The notes beneath the pieces are model-generated. The model had not been told where the DNA came from and did no database searches. It saw only the letters and a program-made list of their open reading frames with translations. The translations under genes were made by a program, and so were the position numbers. From NCBI RefSeq assembly GCF_003918875.1, contig NW_025766447.1:3472001-3536000 (forward strand): a stretch of 64,000 bases of DNA. Direction: 5' to 3'. The stretch is from Haliotis rubra. Lineage: Eukaryota. This document shows positions 53,111-64,000 of this stretch, one piece after another (positions within the stretch are counted from its first letter, which is position 1; every line of letters begins with the position of its first letter).

Positions 53111-56100
53111 AATTCGATATCTGCATTCAGCTGGCATGTTATACAATAGAGTTATTCCCCTTTTACCATCATACCGATATTGTGTTTTTATTGATCAGAT
53201 CTGAGTAAAATGTTAACTGAAAATTACATAACCTGCAAAAACAACCGATGTTCTCAGTGTATTGATTTTTCAGTTTATAAAAGATCAATGGAATCACAGG
53301 CATGAACAGTCAATTGATATTATTTTTCTTTAAATATTACAAAACACAAACAATAATTCAATTAATTTTGACTTGATACTCTGTATTGTTAATCGTTGAA
53401 ATTACTGATGCCTTACTTTCCTTATGTCAAGAAAATATCTATAAATAGTTGTGTGTTTTGTTTATGTGTGGCTATGCGTTGTAAGATATGACACCGGAAA
53501 GGCACGTGTTTATATTGGACACCCACGTGGGTACTCTCTAAACCTCCTTGTTGTTTTGGCCTACTTTTCAAAATAAACATATCAGTTTTTGCGTGGGACA
53601 CTGACGCAATTCCATAATCAATCAAACATCGCGATAATTGACTTATGATGCCGCGAGTGCCGCTGGGGAATGTGGAGCTTGTGGCAACAAAATGTTCAAA
53701 GTCAGTCGAAGTAATAAATCATGTATTTCATTCACACAGGATATTGAAGTTCGTGACGTGGTGGTATATCGTCCAAACACAAACACGAGGAATCTACCGA
53801 GGGACATGCATGTCTGTAACTCAGTCCCTGCGGTCCAGTTTGTCCACCCGAGAGCCTGATTTGGACATCCCAAAGACCCTTTCAACCGTGCATATATTGC
53901 TGAAATTCAATTTTCACAACATGTTTTCACGTATCGCGATGAAATCATCCCTGTAGTATTTGCGATGTAGCTACAGTATGTACTTTACCCTCATATCTTT
54001 ATACGTTGTAAAACCCGCGTGTCTCGTGGGTATTGGTGAACTCAGTATCTGGACATTTAAGAAACAAATAAAAACCCAAAACAAAGAAACAAACAAACAA
54101 AAAAGCCTTAGAAGAATGCCGTATTGTGTATTGAATATTGCTTATATTCATTTTGCCAGTATGTATACATTATGTGACTAAATAGTTAAATAACATCGTA
54201 TATTTTTAAATATCTAACTCCGCTATATAGCTGGAATATTGCTGAGTGCGGCGTAAAACTAAACTCGCTCACTCACTAAATGTCTAACTGTAAACTTGAT
54301 ACATGTGTGTCATATTGTCTTCCCATGAAGAGGGATGTTTAACATCTGCACGACAACAGATATTGTTGTCTCTGTGTTGTTATGGTATTTGGGTATATTG
54401 CCCTTTCAACTGATTTACCCAGGATTAGCTGACGAACTTTAATACTAAAACGGTATTAGTCTTGTTAGTTTCATATCATCAGACAGTTTTGGGCTGCGTT
54501 TCATCTAAGATTATTTTAGGCGATTAATTTTGTAATATGAATAAGCGCTACATCTTGTACAGGTAGGCACATCCTTATGAAAAACAACATTTGCTCTCCT
54601 TCATAACTATACAATTACCACTACGTGACTAGTTTCGGCACGAGTTGACGCTTACGTTTACAGTACTTGTCCGCATACTGTTTAAACTTCGAACACCTGG
54701 CACAGTGACAAACTACATCCTGTTATTTTTCTTAACCGATATATGTGGTTTTCTGGGTCATGCTAGAACATCCTATCTACAGTTTCAATTTATACGCAAA
54801 AATATTCTAATGGTATTAATATGCCACTGTTAATTCCTTATTTTGACCCCTGCAGGGTAGGTCACCTGACAGCAGGAAGACTCCGTGCTGAGGGTGTAAT
54901 CTTATTTGAATCCCGCTGAGCAGATGTTAAATTTTTGACACTGATTTCGGTGCACAGATGAATAATTCAAAACACGCGACTGACAAAACCCCATGCAACT
55001 GATAAATATCATCCCGACTACAATGATACCATTGTCAAACTGTCCCCGTTTCTCTGTGGCCAAGTCTACCGCAGGGGAGGCAAAGGATTCAGACACTTCA
55101 TCTATTCATCTTTTAAACCATGACTTCTTTGTTTTTGTCCATGCATTAATTAACTGAAGTGCTGTTTGAACACACCTGGCAATGGTGGAACTGCCTTTCT
55201 TCCATGCAATATACCTTTGTGATGGAAGAATTTCAGGAAAAAATCAATGCAGCCTACGGGATTCGAACCCGCGAGGTCTGTACTGTAGGCTAACGAACGA
55301 TGGGTTCTGATGTGTAATTAACAACGGCATGGGGGCGGTGAGGTAGCCTTGTAGTTAAAGCGCTCTCTTGTCACGTCGCAGATCTGGGTTCGATTCCCCT
55401 CGTGGGTACAATGTCAAGCTCATTTCTGGTGTCCCCAGCCGTGAAATATCATGGGGTAAAAGCGTCATGAAACTATACTCAAACACACGACATATTTGCA
55501 GGCACCAACACTAACAGTTAAACAGTTTATCAACAGAACTATTTGTGATGTAGTTTTCTCCACCAGAGCTATGCGTTCTACAGTAATCTCATCAATATGT
55601 TAAAGATATTAATGTGATTGATCAAAGTGCTTGAGCTGGTCTAATTTGGAGACACACCTACTGTTTTTTTGTAAATTTGAAATAGACCGAGTTTAGATTC
55701 AATACCTTGTATTTGAATTTGGAACCGAGTGATTTAGCGAATATTAATAATGACCATTAACAAATTACCTTTTTTAATTGTTATCAGTGGTAACATTTGA
55801 AGGTCGTACGAACGCAACTGTATTGAAAAAGCAACAAACTCCGATGTGTTGTGAAGCAAGCCGTCTGTACTCGTATCAGATTATTCGACACTTATATTTT
55901 TTCTGTTAACATAATGGGTGTTTGCCGAGGAAAGATAACCTCTTATCAAAGATGATATCTGTCGGGAATGAATATGAAAGATAAAAACTAAATGAAACAT
56001 TATCCAGGCTCTGCCAGGCGTCAGCGCAGAGAAGGAGTGTGACCTGCCTGGGGATGGGATTTTACGGCGCTTCAAAGTGTCCACACGCCGCACAGACTTA

Positions 56101-56495
56101 AATAAACAGTGATCCTCCAAACTACAGTCAGTACAGTTTGTTTGTTGTTTATCACCGCATTCAACATCATCCCAGCTATATGATACAGTAGTGTCTTAAT
56201 ACGCCAGTGATTGGCATCATGCGCATTGATCTACGCATCTGTGATACGACGACATGGGTCAACCAAATCAGAGAGACTGACCACCCGATCGCGATATGTC
56301 GCCATTTACGACAAGCATGGGTTGCTGAAGATCAATTGTAACCTACATCTTCACGGGTAACATCCAGTCAGGACTAGTATATGTGCCAGTTAATATCGAA
56401 TCGGTTCAAAAGGAAATGCCATTAAATGTTGTGGTTTAATTATTGTCAATGAAAGCATCACCATCGTGCGTCATCCTTTCAAGTTTTATCTACCT

Positions 56496-56601
56496 GGGTC
56501 CCGATCCACAGAACGTTCGTATACGTAGAGCTCCGACATTCGTAAGCCTATGATGAACTATAGGATTCGTAACGTTACGAACGCTTTGTGGTTCGGGATC
56601 C
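56496..56601. mobile_element. Short hairpin MITE
   Basis: Imperfect inverted repeat GGGTCCCGATCCACAGAACGTTCGTA / TACGAACGCTTTGTGGTTCGGGATCC. Confidence 0.65.
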
Positions 56602-57039
56602 ATATCCTCCATACAGGCAGTTCAGAGTAAATCAATGCATTCTTGTAGAAACATTCACACCGCAAACTAAACTTTGACAACACACGTTTTTAAAATTTTA
56701 AAAGTTGTCAAACTCTGAACAACACGAGTTTCACAACACTTCACCCGTCAAACTCGACTTTGACAACACCGAAAGTTTGATGGAATAGTTGGTGAGAATA
56801 TAGACCGATCCTATTTCTCGACAACCGTTTGACAACTCTGAAATTGGTGTTGGTGCGAGTTGTTTGAATGTTCACCCTCTCAAACTCGAGTTTGACAACA
56901 TGTGTTGTCGTGTGAAGGCCGCTTTACAGGCTAACTTTGAAACAAAATACTGTGCAAAATTTAATATGCATACGTTTATAAATTTGACTGATACATTGAT
57001 GAAACTCTGCATTGTGTTATTTCCATATTCTGTACAGAG

Positions 57040-57900
57040 TGCTGTTTGCCATGTCACAAGACACGTACGTCCACATGGGGAGGCTTCGTTCGGTACTTGG
57101 TGTGACGGCTGCTTGTTGTTATCACTGTTATACACCTAATTGGAACAAAGTGAGCAAGTCTACGGATTCTTCACTACTTAGTCTTCAAGAAACCCGTTGG
57201 TCAGTTGTGCAGGTGTCTGTGGAATGTGTTGTAGCTGACGTACAATATATCGAGTTCATCCCACAGATGCCCTATTCAGGTCCTGGAAGACCGTGGCAGG
57301 ACATTGACGTTTGAAGGAAGGACAGCTGGGTGTGATGCAGCGTTGTCACGTTGAAACAACGCTCTCTGACGTTGATAAGCAGAAGAAGGTGACGTTAAAG
57401 AATTTGGTCAATGGACCGATTTGATATCAGATTCACCTTAACCACCAAGTGTAGGATATGCCTTCCCTGACCTTCCCACACAAGTTCACACACACACCTT
57501 CACACGTCTGCCACCGAATCTGTCGAGCTGCCGAATGCAGATAGGTGCAACACATTCATTCCGACGTCGGTCGAGTCGCTGTCTTACATCCCGGCGTTCG
57601 GGAAAATCTTTGAACTCTGACTCGCCGCCAATCTCTCAGAGTCCATGTTTGTACGGTGCTGCTCCAGGTGATATCTGATCGCTTGGTCCTATACAATCTC
57701 CAAACGAAATATATGACCCGCAGACTCGATGATACCTAGCGTTCGGTGAGGCAGATGACAGCCCCGGATGTAGCGATTTTGTGCTGATTGGTGACACTTG
57801 GTCTTCCACTTGTCGGACGATCTTCAGTGGAACTGACGCAGACCGACAGGTGTTTAACGATTTGCAGGTGCATTTTACTTTTGTTTGGCCTTCCATGACA
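57040..57900 (-). mobile_element. Decayed Tc1 transposase remnant
   Basis: Minus-strand fragments FQRDNA (~57340-57357) and HLWDEL (~57255-57272); many indels. Confidence 0.65.
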
Positions 57901-59661
57901 TTCCAGTCTTATGAAAATTGTTGTATTAAGCTACAAACGGTTGCGTTTGTGCGCCAAAATTATTGCTTTTGTAGTAAAAAAAGCAAATTCAATATCATTT
58001 TTATCTCCTATCGTTTCTTTTTTAAAGAGAGTACATAAATAATTGTGCGGAGTGGGATGAAAAGTGTGAAAGGACCCAGATCGTTGCAAAACGTTCATTC
58101 CACGTCCTTTCACACTTTAAGTTTTTATTCCACTCCGCACAATTTCCATTCACCTCCACTGTCACTTGCCAATTGTGTGAACATGTAATTAGATGCTCAT
58201 GGTTGCAGAACCCTTCAGCTTAACGAACCCGTGGTATTTAAGACAGTATTTGATTTGCTGCTCTATGAAATAAATGGTTGGACACTTTCACCAAATCCTG
58301 TTCATCTGGAGGTATGTCCTACTCCTAGATATTATGTTCAGTGACTGCTTAATGCCTGCCTGTACCTTATTATGTGGCGTTCCCCTGTACCAAGCATACT
58401 TACGATAATGCGGCCTACAGGCAGTGATAAAATAATGACACCATATTTTTATTTATTTAAAATCTGTCACCTTTTACATAGCGTATGATATTGATGCTCG
58501 ACGTTGTTTTGTGTTCACTTCTTCAGCATTACGCATTGACACAAACGTTCTACCCACACTTCACACTGACCCTGACTAAGTAGCTCATATAGACACTATC
58601 ATACTATTTAATGACATGATGACCGTGGGCAACACTCTGTCAGATTTATTAAATGTCTGCTACTGTTGTGCGGGATTACCTCCCCCTGAGGCTGAAGTCG
58701 TGAGAAAGTCAAACCAACGACCCCCAGTGCACACCTTCATTCAGCCCGCACGGAGAGTAATACATATTTTAACTAGCACAGCAAAACATATGTATATTTA
58801 TAAGTATACTGGCGGGGGAGCTTTGGGGTCAACGCATTTCAAAAGGGAAAGGTGTCGACATTATCACGTGACGCCTTTAGCAATTTTTATGAATGGATTG
58901 TACATTTGCATTACGAGGCCATCTGTCATGGGGAGTTGTAATAACAATAAATAAACACGGTCGATTTTTTTCAAGGTAATTTCGTAGCCAGTAGAACGTG
59001 TGAAAGATGACAATATATCAGGGTCATCGCATACGTTTTATAGTCCTACACTGAAGGCGCTTTTACTTGGATTGTAAAGCCGTAATGTGTTCCTTTTCTG
59101 AGATATATCGACGTTAAAATCTATAGTTAGTTTAAGTAGGGCTGTGGTATTATTTACATAGCATGGATAATAGACACCTCTCCTTTATTACACATCTTGT
59201 TTAATAAAGAACTATGAAAGTTTTGATACTGACCCCAACCGCGGCCCCACGAGTCAGAGCGGTGTTGTGTAATGTGGGTCACTATCTTGTCTCCGTGTAA
59301 CTTTACACCGCACAGAAAGTTGTGACACGGTGCCCCGAGAAATTTTCTCATTAAATTTCATACAATGAAGCACTGTCGATGTTCTTAAATAAATTCTAAC
59401 CTATGAAATTACCTTGTACTGGCAAGGACCACTCGGATCCACTCGGGTACCCTCGACTTATTCCGCTACCTACACAACTCTCCCGGCCGAGTGGTGATAT
59501 TACGTAATTTCATTGAAATCCTTGTACCACAATATAAGGTTCATATTCAGTTTTTCCCAGTTTAGAATTTGCGTTACTGTATGTTACAGAAATATCGTGA
59601 TGTTGTGGACAGGGGTCTGTCCGGAAGGTGAAACGGTTCGAACCCTGACCTACGCATACCA

Positions 59662-59832
59662 GTGAGTGAGTGAGTGAGTTTGGTTTTACGCCGCTTTTAG
59701 CAATATTCCAGCAATATCACGGCGGGGGAACACCAGAAATGGGCTTAACACATTGTACCCATGTGGGGAATCGAACCCGGGTGTTCGGCATGACGAGCGT
59801 ACGCCTTAACCACTAGGCTACCCCACCGCCCC
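59662..59832 (-). mobile_element. tRNA-derived SINE family 1 copy
   Basis: Full length; TSD CCTACGCATACCA. Confidence 0.9.
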
Positions 59833-60106
59833 CCTACGCATACCAAAAGATGGTACTTGTAATTGGCCTTTCTGGCGTTGCCAGTAATTAACAATGACTG
59901 GACTGCTGAGAGTATACTGTGTCTGAGTGGGGCATGCCATCTCAGTGGGCTAGCACTCTACCATCGGCACAAGTCCGGACTTGTTGAAGCAGAAATATAC
60001 GCACACGCACATGCACACATGTACACGGTATCTGCTTTCACCATTATCAGAAATATGGTTCACATTTTGATTTTGAAAACTGAAACTCATTAAGCATTTA
60101 CATACC

Positions 60107-60352
60107 AGTGACGGTCCGGGTTAGAATGAACCTTCAGTAACCCATGCTTGTCGTAAGAGGCGACTAACGGGATCGGGTGGTCAGGCTCGCTGGCATGGTT
60201 GACACATGATGTCATCGGTTCCCAATTGCGTAGGTCGATGTTCATGCTGTTGATCACTGGATTGTCTGGTCCAGACTCGATTATTTACAGACCGCTGCCA
60301 TATAGCTGGAATATTGCTGAGTGCGGCGTAAAACTAAACTCACTCACTCACT
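60107..60352 (+). mobile_element. SINE family 2 (representative copy)
   Basis: Core CCCATGCTTGTCGTAAGAGGCGACTAA, tail GGAATATTGCTGAGTGCGGCGTAAAACTAAA(CTCA)n. Other copies near 2645-2800, 12835-13000, 14460-14625, 17450-17660, 19710-19955, 47840-48070, 49280-49522, 52257-52480, 56140-56358. Confidence 0.88.
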
Positions 60353-61749
60353 CAACATTTACATCGTGGTCATTGCTGCAGTTGAGAAAGGTTTCTTAAG
60401 GTCACGTGATTAGAAATAGTTCCAACATGGATTTCTTCCATTGCTGTCCGAGCTGACTTATGTGACTGAGGTGCGCCGAATGTAGTGCAAGTTCCAGTAG
60501 TCCAACGTTATCTCCCGAACATGATGCAACAACGTGTATGATCGTCTTGTTTGATGCGCAGTTTATCAATTATAACAAGAATGCCCGCTGTGGGAAGCTA
60601 AAATCGCCCTCATCTCTTTCAGGCTACGTGTATCTCCCTTTATATTTTACACATATTAAGTATCAACAGTATGCACAAAAGTCAATTGAACATGCATGGG
60701 ATCTACATGAAGAGAATTACATGATGACAAGGAATGTCTATCCCGTCAGTACAGACTGATCACCCTACATACAGCGAGTGCAGAGAGTGTATCATGTTGA
60801 AAGACCAGGAAGGGGGACAATGTACGCATGTGTCCTTTTGTGTGGATCATTGTAATTACATACATTGTTGCTCGGGTTTAACTGGATGTTATAGAAAAGT
60901 ATGTAATGCTGTGCGTACACTCACGGTTAAATGTGTTGATGGTAGGCGTCAATGTAATATATGGTATGTCTGTCAATACATCCATGCTCCTCCTAGTGAG
61001 AGGGTTGCGGCCTGTCTTTTCAGAACTGCAGAACAAATGGCTGTATTTAATCGTCAAACCTCGGACGTATTATGGTTGTCGCTACATGAATAGATGAATC
61101 TTAACAAAATAGATGTATTCATTGCGAGTAATTTAGTTGGGTTTAAGGTCCTTTCAGCTAATATTTCAGTTCTATCACGTCAGTTTAATGTGGGAGGAAG
61201 TGATACAGATCTGGACCTGAGACGTTCACCACTTTGGTGAAACCTACGTGAACAAACCGAGAATCACCTGGGATCAGGACCCATGTAATGAAGGCACTGC
61301 TAGAACACTAGAATCATCAACTGTTACAACTCCATGTTATAGCAAACTCATAGGTTTATGCTGCAGTATATTATCATAATTATTAGAGAAAATTCTAAAG
61401 AATCGCACCTAAAATTAAACTATATATCCAGTGAAAGAGCTAGATTCGCTCAACAAAGGACGTAAAGAGGAACTTTAACTTTAAGAGAAACACAGAAGAC
61501 ATTGTACGTTAAAGAGCATCGAAATATACAGAAACAATGAAATAGATTATCAAAGATTTTATTTACACAGAAGATATAGTTCATTAAATATTTTATTTAT
61601 ACAGTCGAATATAAAATTATGATAACACATTTAGATTAACTATTATGAAGTTTGAAAGTCATTATGAAACACTTTCGTTCGTATTGATACGTGGGTCCAT
61701 ATTTGGAGATCTTGAAGACACTTTTCATATTTTCAGCAGTTTGCCGACA

Positions 61750-62470
61750 GCATCAAGGTACTGCATGTGATTTTTTGTTCCATCGGCGAGTTGATCTTTG
61801 AGTCTACCGATTGTCTATCCCACTATACACGCGCTTCCCAGGTCGAGGGGTGCATCCCAGGTCGAGTTGGCACAGCGTGGTCTTCTCTGCCCTGATGATT
61901 TCCATAAACCTGAACATGTTTGGATGGCTGATTGAAGCATTCAGTCTACTGTGAAAGCCCTCATTGTTGTTGTTGGTCCTGGAAGCGAATGTGTCGTGGT
62001 GGTTCCACATGGGCAAGGGAAAGCGGGCGTCGTCGTCCACAAAAGGTTGCAGTGGTGTAGTCGTTGAATGTCTGGGAGCCGGGGACGACAGGGGAGGAGT
62101 CGTTGGTGTCAAGCCAAGCGTCCTGAACTGGGGGAAGGGGCAGAAGTGGGAGAGTAGCCGCTCGTCGTACCCAACGTTCTACACGTCTTCCTCCAGATGG
62201 CCTACGTATAGTGGACAAGCATTCCTTGACCTCAGCAGCTGGAAACTCAAGCTCAACAGCTCGGATAGTAGCCATCTCAAAGTCCATTTGAAGTCTTGTC
62301 GTCTTCACCATCGCTGAACAGCAGAAATCTGTCGCCGTCGCTTGTGTCCGTCCATGGAGCAGCCAGGTCGACATCGGTTCTGGTCTGGGGAAGCTTGGGG
62401 ATGGTGTGGCGTCTACGCCGATAGCGAGCAATCTCGACAGAAGTGAAGAGTTCCAACAGCAGCTGCATCA
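61750..62470 (-). mobile_element. MULE (Mutator-like) transposase fragment
   Basis: Frameshifted peptides MDFEMATIRAVELEFP...KEC and FPLPMWNHHD...RTNNNNEGFHSRLN...HPNMFRF, typical of MULE transposases. Confidence 0.85.
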
Positions 62471-64000
62471 AGTTGTGTCACCTCGATCTCTTTGTGTTTT
62501 GCTTGTTTTTGCTTCTTTTTGTGTTGTGTTATCAGTACTCCACCTTATATGTCGGCGAGGTGATATAACCGAGCCTAAACCAGACAATCTAGTGTTTGAC
62601 ATCGCTCTAGGGGTAAAAGGATATGCAGTCAAGTTCCCGTTCACGACCACCCGATCCATTTAGTTCTTACAAGCATGGGTTGGTAGGCATAAATGTTCCA
62701 GTGTGAAAGAGTAGGATTTTACCCCACTGTTAGCAATATTCCAGCAATTTCACGCCGAAGGACACCAAAAATGGGCTTCACACATTGTACCCACGTCCGG
62801 AATCGAACCCTGGTCTTCTTCATGGCGACTACCGACATTTTCTTGCCCGGAATCGGTATGGGTTTAAAGATTAAATGTTACAAATCGTTGTCGAACACGA
62901 GTGAATGACTGAGTGTGGCAATATTCCAGCAATATCAAAGTGCAGAGTACCACAAAATGAGCTTCACGAAACGTACCTACATGGGGAATCGAACCCGGGC
63001 CTTCGACCTAGCGAGCGAACACTTTAGTCATCACACTGCTACACCACCCTTGTCGTACCAGGAATCCTTACGGTTTCAAGACTACAAGGTCATATATTGT
63101 TGTGTAACAGGAGTCACTGAGTGAGTTAGTGAGTGGATGGCAATATTCCAAAACGATCTCTGCAGGGGACGGGGTGGTACCATTAAGGACCTGTGATCAG
63201 TATTGTGGGTCACATTCTTCAGGTCATTGAACCTAACAGGAACAAAGTAAACTAGCTCTTAAACGTGGTGAAAGTGGGTATCGTGCATCTCCAGTGTCTC
63301 AGTACGTGGTGTGTCACAGCCATATCTCCTCGTGTGATCCGCGTCAGATGTTACTACCACGCTCTTCTAACCCGCAGATACTCACCAGAACAACAACTTT
63401 CCTAACTTACATTTCTCTCAGTGTTACAGTTTCTTGGACAAAGGATTTGCTTGACCCCCTCAAAGATGTCTCTTACCCCACGGAGACTGTGATCGTCACA
63501 CATGGTGCCCGCTACAGGCGGCGAGTTAATCAACCGCTATGTTCAATGTTTGAAGCATGGGACTTGTACAATACTCGTTCACAGCACTCTCGATAAACAG
63601 CTTTCAATTTACACTGTATCTGTTGCGAGATCAGCTGATAGAGTAGCCAGGCTTTCAGCAAAAGACAATGTTGAAGTGGCGTCTCCCGCCAACACAGTCA
63701 GACATTGAATACAGGAGCGCTATATTCATAGACAAAGTTCAGCGGAATACATATCTAGTTTATGGATAGAACATATCTCTCATTTGGGATGGGTTGGCCC
63801 ATTATCAGATAGCAATAGCCATTTTAATCTGAGAGACATTCGTTTGTCTGTAGAAGTTGTGATATCAACAGTGGTTACGAAATAATCATGACAGATAGCT
63901 ATGGGTTGTGTACTCCCCAGGGAGTTGAGCATGAAATATGAGTGCACACTGATCCACTGACAGGAGGAATATTAAAGTAACAAGCATCACTGTATGTGAG

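Noticed and set aside
53638-55096. Short ORFs upstream of ATIC suggesting a divergent gene
   Set aside because: No recognisable homology or consistent exon chain.
55330-55410. tRNA-like sequence with A and B boxes
   Set aside because: Head of the multi-copy SINE; no complete cloverleaf.
60734-61093. Cys-rich 119-aa ORF
   Set aside because: No recognisable domain or supported splice structure; the TG-rich composition explains the cysteines.
63294-63708. Possible exons at the window end
   Set aside because: Acceptor-like sites exist but there is no identifiable product; cannot be supported.

Overview
Intron-rich, repeat-rich animal genomic DNA. A mollusc, probably a gastropod such as abalone, is inferred from the SINE families and gene structure but not proven. 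Left half: a cluster of three VWA7-like paralogues. Gene A (+, 5'-partial) ends in a transmembrane helix. Gene B (-, complete, ~801 aa) is secreted and has a degenerate Het-C-like metal motif. Gene C (-, ~380 aa) joins its signal peptide directly to a furin-like site and the C-terminal half, so it lacks the N-terminal domain and most of the vWA domain. Middle: ATPSCKMT/FAM173B-like methyltransferase (+, 4 exons), convergent with ATIC/purH (-, 19 exons). ATIC introns carry four copies of a box C/D snoRNA predicted to guide 2'-O-methylation of the 18S rRNA site equivalent to human Am1383. Three minisatellites duplicate real splice sites. The rest is SINEs, Tc1/mariner, MULE, Crypton-like and LINE remnants, plus one 410-N gap. 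Three 1-nt frameshifts in homopolymers are probably assembly errors. All exon boundaries were derived by hand.
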